A DNA stretch of 64,000 nucleotides, taken from the IMG/VR virus record IMGVR_UViG_3300034105_002625, positions 25,437-89,436 of that record; one strand, given 5' to 3'. Shown here piece by piece: positions 36,669 through 46,244 of this stretch. This DNA comes from a virus. Lineage: Duplodnaviria; Heunggongvirae; Uroviricota; Caudoviricetes. Positions within the stretch are counted from its first letter, which is position 1. The number at the start of each line of letters is the position of its first letter. The notes beneath the pieces are model-generated. The model had not been told where the DNA came from. It ran no database searches and saw only the letters and a program-made list of their open reading frames with translations. The translations under genes and the position numbers were made by a program.

Positions 36669-37040
36669 ATGACAATTTTAACATCATTTATTCTAGTAGT
36701 AGCTATCACAGCAATAGCTCTATTCATTGCATACAATGTGCAAAAAGGTACAAAAACCTTAAAAGAATTTAAAACAGACTTCGATAACAACGAGGAAGCT
36801 CAAGAGTTAGTACAGTTATCTAAAGAATTGTATAACAAAGACCTACGTCCAGTTACAGCAAAGAAAGCACCTAAGAAAGAAAAGGTAGCAGAAATAACAC
36901 CAGAGGTTGTAGAGAAAGTAGTAGAGATTGCCCAAGTAACACCAGACACTACAACAGTAAACGTTGAAGCAGTAGTGGAATCAACCAAGCCTAAGAAAAA
37001 AAGAAAGTATTATCCAAAAGCTCCTAAGGGGAAGGCATAA
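36669..37040 (+). CDS. membrane-anchored protein
   Basis: 123 aa; N-terminal TM helix, Lys-rich C-terminus. Confidence 0.35.
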   Translation: MTILTSFILVVAITAIALFIAYNVQKGTKTLKEFKTDFDNNEEAQELVQLSKELYNKDLRPVTAKKAPKKEKVAEITPEVVEKVVEIAQVTPDTTTVNVEAVVESTKPKKKRKYYPKAPKGKA

Positions 37041-37294
37041 TGTCAGATTCAAGAGCCAAGTACGAGGAATTAAGAGAGAAGCCTACCTTTGTTGAAAATA
37101 CAGAACAGCAAAGAAGCGTGGCCATTATTGTAGAAATTCTACAGGCAAGTGATCATACCTCTCTCACCAAGCACCTTTTATCAAAAGTGTTAGAAGTATC
37201 AAAGGAGGGTCCAAACCTTTCACCGGCCACTGTCTTTCAAATAGCAGCAGATGCTACAAAGGTAGATGAATTATGCAATGCAAAACAAAACTAA
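37040..37294 (+). CDS. hypothetical protein
   Basis: 84 aa ORF. Confidence 0.3.
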   Translation: MSDSRAKYEELREKPTFVENTEQQRSVAIIVEILQASDHTSLTKHLLSKVLEVSKEGPNLSPATVFQIAADATKVDELCNAKQN

Positions 37295-37532
37295 AATGGA
37301 ACAACAACCAAGAATGAATCTATCGATTGATCAAACACTTCCGGTAGAATGCGAAAAATGTGGACACACCTTCTTTGAAGAAGCACTTCATATTAGAAAA
37401 GCATCGGGAATACTTACAGGTACAGGTCAAACAACCTACATGCCTATTCCGGTATTTGCGTGCAAGGCCTGCGGCCATGTCAACACAGAATTTCTTCCAA
37501 AGGAATTAAAAGGGTTGAATTCTGAGGAATAA
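37266..37532 (+). CDS. zinc-ribbon protein
   Basis: 88 aa; CEKCGH … CKACGH. Confidence 0.3.
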   Translation: MNYAMQNKTKMEQQPRMNLSIDQTLPVECEKCGHTFFEEALHIRKASGILTGTGQTTYMPIPVFACKACGHVNTEFLPKELKGLNSEE

Positions 37533-37553
37533 ACCAGACTTTACTTAAACTTC

Positions 37554-37581
37554 AAAGAGGCCTCGTGCCTCTTTTTTTTGT
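37554..37581 (+). terminator. rho-independent terminator
   Basis: AAAGAGGC-CTCGT-GCCTCTTT hairpin + TTTTTTTT. Confidence 0.55.
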
Positions 37582-37604
37582 GCTATTTATATCAAAGAGT
37601 TACT

Positions 37605-37913
37605 ATGAAAATTTTGTTACTACCAATTAGTTACGTCCTAACTAACTTAAAAAAATATTTTATGGGATTTTTCAGTATCTTTAAAAAATCAAATGATTAC
37701 AATGAAAAGGTTGTAATTGGATTCATGTCATTCATGGTGATGGTAATTGCCATTGCAGTAGACCTTGTAACAGGTTACATGGGTAAAGCTTTAGAATTAA
37801 ACGAGTACATCTTTGATGCATTCATGTACATCACATTAGGTTCATTCCTTCCAGATGTATTGGAGAAATTTGCAGCAATGAAAAACGGAGGTAAATCAAA
37901 CAACGAAGAATAA
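37605..37913 (+). CDS. membrane protein
   Basis: start adjusted to MKILLLPISY; two TM helices. Confidence 0.3.
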   Translation: MKILLLPISYVLTNLKKYFMGFFSIFKKSNDYNEKVVIGFMSFMVMVIAIAVDLVTGYMGKALELNEYIFDAFMYITLGSFLPDVLEKFAAMKNGGKSNNEE

Positions 37914-37923
37914 AAATTAGATT

Positions 37924-38535
37924 ATGAGCTTAAAAAGTTTACAAGAAAAAGTAGGAGTAACAGCCGATGGTGCTTTTGGTCCAGGAACAATGAAAAAAGC
38001 AATGGAGTTTTATAAATTAACTCCAGTAAGAGCAGCACATTTCTTTGCACAAACAGCACACGAAACAGGAGGGTTTAAAGCATTTGCAGAAAATCTAAAC
38101 TACTCAGGAGATGGATTAAAAGGTATCTTTGGAAAATACTTTCCAGGTAACTTAAATGAACTATACGCTCGTAATCCTGAAAAGATTGCCAATAGAGTAT
38201 ACGGATCAAGAATGGGTAATGGAGCAGAAGCTTCAGGAGATGGATACAAGTTCAGAGGAAGAGGAGCTCTTCAATTGACAGGAAAAGAAAACTACAAAGC
38301 ATTTTCAGATTATTTGAAAAAGCCAGAAATCATGACCAATCCAGATCTAGTAGCAACTACTTACTCTTTTGAATCAGCAATGTTCTTTTTTGATAAAAAT
38401 AAATTATGGTCAATATGTGACCAAGGAGTGAACGATGCTTCAATCCTAGCTCTTACAAAAAGAATTAACGGCGGTACTCATGGTTTAGCAGATCGTTCTG
38501 AGAAAACTAAAAAATATTACGAATACGTTAAATAG
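37924..38535 (+). CDS. endolysin (lysozyme-like / GH19 chitinase-like peptidoglycan hydrolase)
   Basis: 203 aa; …HFFAQTAHETGGF… and …RGRGALQLTGKENY… are hallmark motifs of the phage lysozyme/chitinase-like family. Confidence 0.7.
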   Translation: MSLKSLQEKVGVTADGAFGPGTMKKAMEFYKLTPVRAAHFFAQTAHETGGFKAFAENLNYSGDGLKGIFGKYFPGNLNELYARNPEKIANRVYGSRMGNGAEASGDGYKFRGRGALQLTGKENYKAFSDYLKKPEIMTNPDLVATTYSFESAMFFFDKNKLWSICDQGVNDASILALTKRINGGTHGLADRSEKTKKYYEYVK

Positions 38536-38546
38536 GTAAATATAAG

Positions 38547-38972
38547 ATGAAAACTTCACTATTAATCACATTATCATTGACAACAGCATTAGCATTTATT
38601 GGTACATATTTTATGCACCTAACAGCAGATAACATCGAACAATACCTTTCAGTAGGGTTGGTTGTCTTTGCTGATGGCTTCTTTGGTATATGGGCAGGAG
38701 TTAAGAGAGAAGGTTTTCAGACTTTTAAAGCATTAAGCGTATTAAAAACATTTGGCTTTTGGGTAGTAATGCTATCAGCTATCTTATCAATAGAAAAAGG
38801 ATTTACTGGAACAGCTTGGTTAAGCGAGACTATTATGGCTCCCTTCTTAGTATTCCAGTTAATTTCTATTTTAAAAAATGCCTCAATGGTAGGTTTAGTA
38901 AAAAATGAATTAGCAGTTCAGATATTGGACAGACTAGATAAACACAAAGGAGAAAGAGATGTTACAGAATAA
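38547..38972 (+). CDS. holin-like membrane protein
   Basis: 141 aa with 3-4 TM helices immediately after endolysin. Confidence 0.4.
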   Translation: MKTSLLITLSLTTALAFIGTYFMHLTADNIEQYLSVGLVVFADGFFGIWAGVKREGFQTFKALSVLKTFGFWVVMLSAILSIEKGFTGTAWLSETIMAPFLVFQLISILKNASMVGLVKNELAVQILDRLDKHKGERDVTE

Positions 38973-39312
38973 ACAAAACTTATTACTGGTTATAGTAGTT
39001 GTATTAATTGGTTATAATATTTTCAATACAAATAGCATCAGAACAGATGTAAAAGGGTACAAAGCTGAAATAGAATTATTACAAACTAAAGTAGATTCAG
39101 CTAAGACAGTAAACAAACAAATCGATACTAAAATCGATTCAGTAAAAGAAAAGGTAGTTTCTATTTCAAAAGAAATACATCACATAGACAATACAATAAC
39201 AATCGTAAAAAATCAAACAAATGAAAAAGCTGCTAATGCTGGTAAGTTTTCTAATGTTGAGCTTGAGCAGTTTTTCGCAAGCAGATACAACAAAAGTCTT
39301 ACTCCCAACTAA
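38959..39312 (+). CDS. spanin-like protein (N-terminal TM + coiled coil)
   Basis: 117 aa; TM then coiled-coil. Confidence 0.3.
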   Translation: MLQNKQNLLLVIVVVLIGYNIFNTNSIRTDVKGYKAEIELLQTKVDSAKTVNKQIDTKIDSVKEKVVSISKEIHHIDNTITIVKNQTNEKAANAGKFSNVELEQFFASRYNKSLTPN

Positions 39313-39616
39313 AATTGCTAGACAAGTTGCAAAAGACCTTATTAGGTATGATGGTTGCAAACAAGAACTAAAACTTACTCAAGAAAAAATTATCAAGTTA
39401 GAAGAAAGAGAAGTACAAAAAGATACTATCATCAAGCTTCTAAACGATAAGGATGAGAACAATAAATACATCATTCATCAGAATGAACTTCAAATTGGAC
39501 AGTACGAACATATGACTGACGATTTACAAAAAGAGTTAAAGGCCTCTAGAACAAAAACCTTCCTCTATAAAGTAGGAACATTTGTCGGATTGGCATTAGC
39601 ACTCTACCTCTACTAA
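39221..39616 (+). CDS. spanin-like / lipoprotein (signal peptide, coiled coil, C-terminal TM), embedded/overlapping previous ORF
   Basis: 131 aa; MKKLLMLVSFLMLSLSSFSQ signal; overlaps 38959-39312 in another frame as in i-/o-spanin pairs. Confidence 0.3.
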   Translation: MKKLLMLVSFLMLSLSSFSQADTTKVLLPTKIARQVAKDLIRYDGCKQELKLTQEKIIKLEEREVQKDTIIKLLNDKDENNKYIIHQNELQIGQYEHMTDDLQKELKASRTKTFLYKVGTFVGLALALYLY

Positions 39617-39629
39617 AATAATTAAATTA

Positions 39630-39656
39630 AGGCTTGCTTTTGCAGGCCTTTTTTCT
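39630..39656 (+). terminator. rho-independent terminator
   Basis: AGGCTTGC-TTTT-GCAGGCCT hairpin + TTTTTT. Confidence 0.55.
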
Positions 39657-39671
39657 TATATTATAGTTATA
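39654..39671 (+). promoter_or_regulatory. promoter box variant TTCTTATATTATAGTTAT
   Basis: 12 nt upstream of ATG 39683. Confidence 0.35.
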
Positions 39672-39682
39672 TAAAATACGTT

Positions 39683-39973
39683 ATGACAAAGAACAGTGAT
39701 GTAAAACCTTTAGTAAAAGAGAAGGTTGTAAACAAAATGGTCGACCATCCTCAACACTACGGAGGTAAGGGAAACAAATACGAAGCCATAAAAGTAATTG
39801 AAGCATGGGACTTAGGTTTCTGTTTAGGAAATACTGTGAAGTATATCTCCAGAGCAGGAAAGAAAGATAACATAGTTCAAGAATTAGAAAAAGCTCTTTG
39901 GTATTTAAAAAGAGAAATCAAAACACTAAAGAAAAATGGCCAAGAAAATACTCAAGCAGGTAAGTCTAATTAA
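39683..39973 (+). CDS. DUF3310-family phage protein
   Basis: 96 aa; HPQHYGG…IEAWDLGFCLGNTVKYISRAGKK matches the DUF3310 signature. Confidence 0.5.
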   Translation: MTKNSDVKPLVKEKVVNKMVDHPQHYGGKGNKYEAIKVIEAWDLGFCLGNTVKYISRAGKKDNIVQELEKALWYLKREIKTLKKNGQENTQAGKSN

Positions 39974-40877
39974 GGACTTCTGCAATCCAGTTATAGATTA
40001 TAACATCAGCAAATCAATATCGTATAGTCAAACTCTAGCATACAATACTTGTCCGCACCAATGGGCATTAAAATATGTTAAAGGACTGCAGGAGTATAAG
40101 CCCTCCATTCATACAGTCTTTGGAACAGCCTTACACGAAGTTGTACAGGAATGGCTAACAGAACTCTATGAAGGGACTGTAAAGAAAGCAACTGAGATGG
40201 ATCTTGGAGCACTTCTACATGAAAAGCTCTTTAGTATTTATGCTCAAGAAAAAGATAAGTACGGAAAACATTTCTCTACCTCTGAGCAGTTATCTGAGTT
40301 TCATAATGATGGAGTTGAAATATTGAATTACGTACGTAAGAAACGCTCTATTTACTTCGGTACCAAGTATTATAAGTTGGTAGGAGTAGAGATTCCTTTG
40401 ATACATCAAATAGCTGAGAATATTTTCTTCAAAGGATTTATTGATATTGTTCTCTATGATGAGCAGGATGACAGGTATATCATTTTAGATATCAAAACAT
40501 CAACCTCAGGATGGAATGATTATGCAAAGAAGGATGATAAAAAGCTAGCACAATTACTTCTCTATAAAGAATTCCTAGCAAGACAATTTGATATAGATGT
40601 TGATAAGGTAGATGTAAAGTACTTCATCGTAAAGAGAAAAGTACCTGCCGATCCAGAATATCCAGCCATGGGTAGAAGAGTTCAAGAGTTTGTACCACCT
40701 TCAGGAAAAATTAAAAGAGGACAAGCAACCACAGCTCTTACAAAATTTATTGACGATGCTTTCGATTCACATGGAAAGTATATTGATAAGGAATATGATA
40801 AGAAGCCATCCAAGTCCAATTGTATGTTCTGTGATTTTAAAGGTACAGAGCATTGCCATGCAGGTGTTTTGATATAA
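39936..40877 (+). CDS. PD-(D/E)XK nuclease, Cas4/RecB-like with C-terminal Cys cluster
   Basis: 313 aa; GFIDIVLYDE…ILDIKTS (D…D/E-x-K core); C-terminal CMFCDFKGTEHCH; N-terminal Cys. Confidence 0.6.
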   Translation: MAKKILKQVSLIKDFCNPVIDYNISKSISYSQTLAYNTCPHQWALKYVKGLQEYKPSIHTVFGTALHEVVQEWLTELYEGTVKKATEMDLGALLHEKLFSIYAQEKDKYGKHFSTSEQLSEFHNDGVEILNYVRKKRSIYFGTKYYKLVGVEIPLIHQIAENIFFKGFIDIVLYDEQDDRYIILDIKTSTSGWNDYAKKDDKKLAQLLLYKEFLARQFDIDVDKVDVKYFIVKRKVPADPEYPAMGRRVQEFVPPSGKIKRGQATTALTKFIDDAFDSHGKYIDKEYDKKPSKSNCMFCDFKGTEHCHAGVLI

Positions 40878-40912
40878 GGGTATATTTATATATACATATA
40901 ATTATATAAACA

Positions 40913-41095
40913 ATGAACACAAAAAAATTAACATCGGTTAAGGTAGAAGAGGATCTTCTACAAGAATTTAAAGAGCAATGCGTAAGAGATAAATTTTCTT
41001 TACAGAAGCTTGTAGACAGAGCAATTTTTCTTTATATTACAGAAGAGAGCTTTAAACAAAAATTACGCACACAAACAGATATTAAATTAAAATAG
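40913..41095 (+). CDS. small ribbon-helix-helix-like protein
   Basis: 60 aa ORF. Confidence 0.25.
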   Translation: MNTKKLTSVKVEEDLLQEFKEQCVRDKFSLQKLVDRAIFLYITEESFKQKLRTQTDIKLK

Positions 41096-41099
41096 TTAC

Positions 41100-42542
41100 A
41101 TGAAAGAAAAATTTCGTTATGTTAAGAAAGAAGATCGTAAAAAGATACTTCTGTTATGCGATGATATTAGGATGCATTCCGGTATCGCAACGATGGCTAG
41201 AGAGATTGTTGTAGGAACATCTCATCACTTTAACTGGATCAATCTAGGAGCTGCAATTAACCACCCCGAAGCAGGAAAAGGATTTGACATCTCAGGAGAG
41301 GTTAATAGGTTAACAGGGCTAGAAGATTCAGATGTAAAGGTATTGCCTAACAATGGTTATGGAGATGCTATGCAAATTAGAGCTTTAATTGCACAAGAAA
41401 AGCCAGATGCTATTTTTATCTTTACAGATCCAAGGTACTGGGTATGGTTATTTGAAATAGAAAGAGAGATTAGAAATGAAATTCCTTTGATGTACTTAAA
41501 CATTTGGGATGACTATCCAGCTCCTCTTTATAACAAACCGTACTACGAGTCATGTGATTTGTTAATGGCAATCTCAAAACAAACTAAAAATATTAATGAA
41601 ATAGTTTTAGGAGAAGCAGTTGAGAATAAGATTTTAAAATATGTTCCTCATGGAATAAATGAAGAGCACTTCTTTCCAATGACCTCAGTAGATCAACTTG
41701 AGACTTTAGGTCAATTTAAAAAAGACTTATTTCAAGGAAAGGATATCGAATTCGTAGCATTCTTCAATTCAAGAAACATCAGAAGAAAATCTCCAGGAGA
41801 TGTAATTCTATCTTATAGAATGTTCTGTGATTTAATCGGAGAAGAGAAAGCTAAGAAATGTGCTTTAGTAATGCACACACAGGCTGTAGATGAAAACGGT
41901 ACAGACCTTTATGCAGTAAGAGAAGCAATTTGTGATGAGAGTTATGTAAATGTATTCTTCTCACAAGAGAGATTAGATACTCCACAAATTAATTTACTTT
42001 ATAACATAGCTGATGTAGGATTGCTTATCACTTCAAATGAAGGATGGGGATTATCTCTAACTGAGACTATGATGGCAGGTAAAATGATCATAGCCAACGT
42101 AACAGGCGGTATGCAAGATCAAATGAGATTTACAGATGAGAATGGTGAGTGGATTAACTTCACTCCTGACTTCCCTTCTAACCATAGAGGTACTTATAAA
42201 GAGCATGGAGAGTGGGCAGTGCCTGTCTATCCTTCAAACATCTCAATGGTAGGTTCAGTTCCAACTCCATACATCTTCGATGATAGGTGTGCACCAGAAG
42301 ACGTAGCTAAAGCTTTAGAAGAGGTTTACAACATGGGGAAAGAAGAGAGAGATAGAAGAGGATTATTAGCTAGAGAATGGGTAACATCAGATGAATCAGG
42401 AATGTCAGCACGTCAAATGTGTACAAACGTTATTGATGCAATGGATGAGACATTTGAAAAGTTTACTCCAAGATCTAGATTTGACCTATATAAAGTAACA
42501 GACAGACCAAAAAAATATATCACACATAAATTAATATACTAG
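41100..42542 (+). CDS. glycosyltransferase, GT4-like (GT-B fold)
   Basis: 480 aa; NEGWGLSLTETMMAGKMIIA resembles the E-x-FG…EAMAxGxPVI GT4 donor-binding motif. Confidence 0.55.
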   Translation: MKEKFRYVKKEDRKKILLLCDDIRMHSGIATMAREIVVGTSHHFNWINLGAAINHPEAGKGFDISGEVNRLTGLEDSDVKVLPNNGYGDAMQIRALIAQEKPDAIFIFTDPRYWVWLFEIEREIRNEIPLMYLNIWDDYPAPLYNKPYYESCDLLMAISKQTKNINEIVLGEAVENKILKYVPHGINEEHFFPMTSVDQLETLGQFKKDLFQGKDIEFVAFFNSRNIRRKSPGDVILSYRMFCDLIGEEKAKKCALVMHTQAVDENGTDLYAVREAICDESYVNVFFSQERLDTPQINLLYNIADVGLLITSNEGWGLSLTETMMAGKMIIANVTGGMQDQMRFTDENGEWINFTPDFPSNHRGTYKEHGEWAVPVYPSNISMVGSVPTPYIFDDRCAPEDVAKALEEVYNMGKEERDRRGLLAREWVTSDESGMSARQMCTNVIDAMDETFEKFTPRSRFDLYKVTDRPKKYITHKLIY

Positions 42543-42544
42543 TT

Positions 42545-43831
42545 ATGAGTAAACCTACATTAGTAGTAAGCTGTCCAGTAGACACTTACTCAGGATATGG
42601 AGCAAGAGCAAGAGACTTTGTACAATCAATTATCGATACAGATAAGTACGAAGTAAAGATCCTATCACAAAGATGGGGAGGTACTAGATTTGGATATCTT
42701 AAAGATCATAAGAATGAATCTTTAGCCTCTAGAATTATACCACAACTAACACAACAGCCAGACATCTGGATTCAAATTACAGTACCGAATGAATTTCAAA
42801 AGGTTGGTAAATACAATATTGGACTAACAGCAGGAATTGAAACTACAATCTGTGATCCTTCCTGGATTGAAGGATGTAACAGAATGGACTTAGTATTAGT
42901 ATCAGCACAACATGCTAAGAAAGTATTTGAAGATAGTAAATTCAATATGCAAGATTCAAATACAGGACAAGTAACAGGACAGTTAGCACTTAGTACAAAG
43001 GTAGAAGTTCTATTTGAAGGAGCTGATATAGAGAAGTATGCACCATTGTCATGGCCAGTCACATTAGATCTTTCAACTATACCGGAAATGTTCTGCTTCC
43101 TAACAGTAGGTCACTGGCTTCAGGGGTCTCTTGGAGAGGATAGAAAGAATATTGGATACACTATTAAAGCATTCTTAGAAACATTTAAGAATAAAAAAGA
43201 TCAACCGGCACTTATTTTAAAAGTACAAGCAGGAGCAGGAACCTCTATCATGGATAGGGAAGCAGTGTTGGATAAAATTGATGCAATCAGAAAGACAGTA
43301 AAGGGAAAGTTACCAAACATTTACGTACTACATGGAGAAATGTCTGATGCTGAAGTAAATGAACTATACAACCACGGTAAGGTAAAGGCGATGATCTCTT
43401 TAACAAAAGGAGAAGGATTTGGAAGACCTCTACTAGAATTTAGTTTAATAAACAAACCAATCATAGCTTCAGGATGGTCAGGGCATATTGACTTCCTTGA
43501 TAATCGATATACAAAACAAATAGGAGGAACTCTTACAAACGTACATCCATCAGCAGCTGTAGACAAAATGATCTTACAAGAAAGCCAGTGGTTTACACCA
43601 GACGATGCTCTTGTAGGAAAAGCTCTTAAGGATGTATTTGAGGATTATAAACCATATAAGGAATTAGCCAAAAGACAGGGGTATAAGAGTAGAACTGAGT
43701 TCTCGTATGATAAGATGAGAGAGACGCTAGATACTCTTCTAACACAGTACATTCCTGAATTCCCTAAGCAAGTACAGTTAAAGTTACCTCAACTTAAGAA
43801 AATAGAACTACCAAAATTAACTAAAATATAA
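42545..43831 (+). CDS. glycosyltransferase, GT4-like (GT-B fold)
   Basis: 428 aa; GEGFGRPLLEFSLINKPIIASGW matches GT4 motif. Confidence 0.6.
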   Translation: MSKPTLVVSCPVDTYSGYGARARDFVQSIIDTDKYEVKILSQRWGGTRFGYLKDHKNESLASRIIPQLTQQPDIWIQITVPNEFQKVGKYNIGLTAGIETTICDPSWIEGCNRMDLVLVSAQHAKKVFEDSKFNMQDSNTGQVTGQLALSTKVEVLFEGADIEKYAPLSWPVTLDLSTIPEMFCFLTVGHWLQGSLGEDRKNIGYTIKAFLETFKNKKDQPALILKVQAGAGTSIMDREAVLDKIDAIRKTVKGKLPNIYVLHGEMSDAEVNELYNHGKVKAMISLTKGEGFGRPLLEFSLINKPIIASGWSGHIDFLDNRYTKQIGGTLTNVHPSAAVDKMILQESQWFTPDDALVGKALKDVFEDYKPYKELAKRQGYKSRTEFSYDKMRETLDTLLTQYIPEFPKQVQLKLPQLKKIELPKLTKI

Positions 43832-44289
43832 TGGAAGAAAAAATGTCAATCTGTCCACATTGTGGAGGAAATGCTTGCTATGAACAAGCAGTAACAGAAG
43901 AAGTAACAACAAGCTTTTGCTTTGGATGCGGGTATTCAACTTCAACTCTAATGGTTGAAGGAGGAGATTTAGTAAACAAAACACTAGAAGCATCACCAGA
44001 ACTTTATAAAGATCTTATGTTTGTAAGTGAAGATAAGAAAGTATGGTTCCCTTCTACAGTTACTCTTCCAAATAAAGGAATGGTATTCTTAGACGGAACA
44101 GCAAAAGAGAATTGGAGATGGGCAGCAGTAACCTCAGTAGAGATTCTAGAAGAAGAGAAAGCTAAATTTCCAAAAGGTCAGACAACTAAAATGGATATGA
44201 AAAATATCAAACATTTTGAGAAAGAAGATTTTATGGAAGCATTAGATGCTATCAAATTCTTTGATGTAGAAGTTGCTGAATCAGAATAA
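43831..44289 (+). CDS. zinc-ribbon protein
   Basis: 152 aa; CPHCGG…CFGCGYS. Confidence 0.3.
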   Translation: MEEKMSICPHCGGNACYEQAVTEEVTTSFCFGCGYSTSTLMVEGGDLVNKTLEASPELYKDLMFVSEDKKVWFPSTVTLPNKGMVFLDGTAKENWRWAAVTSVEILEEEKAKFPKGQTTKMDMKNIKHFEKEDFMEALDAIKFFDVEVAESE

Positions 44290-44291
44290 AT

Positions 44292-44308
44292 TTCTTATCT
44301 TAATAGGA
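44292..44308 (+). promoter_or_regulatory. promoter box TTTCTTATCTTAATAGG abutting ATG (leaderless candidate)
   Basis: box ends at ATG 44308. Confidence 0.35.
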
Positions 44309-44925
44309 TGAAAATAAGTTATGCAATAACAGTTTGTAATGAGTTGGAGGAGATTAAACGCTTAGTGACTTTCCTCCTTCTTACTAAACGTAAAGAAGAC
44401 GAAGTAGTTATTTTATTTGATGAGAAGAACGGAACAGATGAAGTATTTGATTACATAGAGTCTCAAGTTTATCACTGTGAAGTATTCTGTGAAAAGTTTG
44501 AAGGACACTTTGCTGATTGGAAAAATGAACTTACATCACACTGTACAGGAAAGTACATCTTTCAAATAGATGCAGACGAACTTCCAACTGAAGACCTTAT
44601 TGTAAACCTTCCGTACATCTTAGAAGTTAATCAAGATGTAGATGTATTTCTTGTACCAAGAATTAATACAGTAGAAGGACTAACACTTCAACATATTCAG
44701 AAATGGGGATGGAATGTAAATGATAAAGGTTGGGTAAACTTCCCAGACTACCAATGGAGAATTTATAGAAATGATCCTAGTATAAAATGGAAGAACAGAG
44801 TACACGAAGTACTAGAAGGATTTAAAACATCCACACTACTTCCAGCAGAGGAGATGTATTGCCTATATCATCCAAAGACAATCGACAGACAAGAGAAACA
44901 GAATAATTATTACGATACATTATAA
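44308..44925 (+). CDS. glycosyltransferase family 2-like
   Basis: 205 aa; N-terminal ISYAITVCNE… typical GT2 Rossmann start; DxD-like IDADE. Confidence 0.5.
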   Translation: MKISYAITVCNELEEIKRLVTFLLLTKRKEDEVVILFDEKNGTDEVFDYIESQVYHCEVFCEKFEGHFADWKNELTSHCTGKYIFQIDADELPTEDLIVNLPYILEVNQDVDVFLVPRINTVEGLTLQHIQKWGWNVNDKGWVNFPDYQWRIYRNDPSIKWKNRVHEVLEGFKTSTLLPAEEMYCLYHPKTIDRQEKQNNYYDTL

Positions 44926-44932
44926 ATTAGTT

Positions 44933-46243
44933 ATGGATAGTATTTTAAATTTAGTACAAGAGTACATTACAAAGAAGGATAGCGAGAAGAAATGGGTAGC
45001 AGGAGAAGACTTAGTTCAATATGCTGGACCTTACTTCGATGGTCAAGAAGCTCAAGCGGTTGTTAGGACTATGCTTGAAGGATGGTTAGTTCTAGGAAAA
45101 GAAGGAGCAATGTTTGAAAGACGTTTCCCTAAAAAATTAGGGCAGAAGACTGGAGTCATTGTTAATAGCGGTTCAAGTGCTAATTTACTAATGATGTTAG
45201 CCTTAACATCTAAGAGAGGAATGAACTTACCAAAAGGTACAAAAGTAATTACTCCAATAGCAGGATTCCCTGCAACACTTAGTCCTACTATTCAAGTAGG
45301 CTTTACACCAATCTTTGTTGATATTGAATTAGAATCTCTTAATCTAGACTTAGATCAAGTAGAGCAAGCATGCATTGATCATCCGGATGCAAAGATAATT
45401 ACATTTGCTCACGTATTAGGTAATCCACCTAACATGGATCGATTAATGGAAATTGTAAACAAATATAATTTAATTCTATTAGAAGACTGTTGTGATGCTT
45501 TAGGAACGACATACGATGGTAAGATGTTAGGATCATTTGGTAAAATGTCTTCATGCTCATTCTATCCAGCACATCACATTACAATGGGTGAAGGAGGATT
45601 TGTAGCTTGTGGAGATGCTCATACAGAAAAGATACTAAGAAGTTTTAGAGACTGGGGTAGAGGGTGTTTCTGTCAAGGTAAAGCAAATGCTTTAGAATGT
45701 GGTTCATGTGGTATTAGATTTAGTAATTGGTTACCAAGTCTTCCTAATGAGATCTTTGATCACAAATATACTTATGAAGAGATTGGATACAATTTAAAAC
45801 CTACAGAGTTACAAGCAGCAATGGGTAATGTTCAGTTAGGTAAGTTAGAAGAGATTGGAGTACTGAGAAGAAGAAATCATAAAGCAATTGTTGACATCTT
45901 TAAGAAGTATGAAGATAAATTTATCCTTCCTAAAGCTACAGATAAATCAGATCCAGATTGGTTTGCAGTAGCATTAACATTAAGAGACGGAGTAGGATTT
46001 ACAAGATCTGAATTCTGTCAATACTTAGAAGCAAATAAGATTCAAACAAGACCTTACTTTGCAGGTAACATTATGTTACAGCCAGGCTATTCACATTTAA
46101 TTGATTCAAAAGAAGTTATTGAGAAATATCCAGTATCAAGAAAAGTAACAACAGATACTTTCTTCTTAGGATGCTCACCAATCATTACATTGGAACAAAT
46201 AGAATACATTGGAACAATTGTAGATAAATTCTTCAGTAAATAG
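44933..46243 (+). CDS. NDP-4-keto-6-deoxyhexose 3-dehydrase (E1 / DdhC / ColD-type, PMP-dependent DegT family enzyme with active-site His replacing Lys and [2Fe-2S] Cys cluster)
   Basis: 436 aa; DegT/aminotransferase fold; SFYPAHHITMGEGG (His where aminotransferases have the PLP Lys); Cys cluster CFCQGKANALECGSCG. Confidence 0.7.
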   Translation: MDSILNLVQEYITKKDSEKKWVAGEDLVQYAGPYFDGQEAQAVVRTMLEGWLVLGKEGAMFERRFPKKLGQKTGVIVNSGSSANLLMMLALTSKRGMNLPKGTKVITPIAGFPATLSPTIQVGFTPIFVDIELESLNLDLDQVEQACIDHPDAKIITFAHVLGNPPNMDRLMEIVNKYNLILLEDCCDALGTTYDGKMLGSFGKMSSCSFYPAHHITMGEGGFVACGDAHTEKILRSFRDWGRGCFCQGKANALECGSCGIRFSNWLPSLPNEIFDHKYTYEEIGYNLKPTELQAAMGNVQLGKLEEIGVLRRRNHKAIVDIFKKYEDKFILPKATDKSDPDWFAVALTLRDGVGFTRSEFCQYLEANKIQTRPYFAGNIMLQPGYSHLIDSKEVIEKYPVSRKVTTDTFFLGCSPIITLEQIEYIGTIVDKFFSK

Positions 46244-46244
46244 T

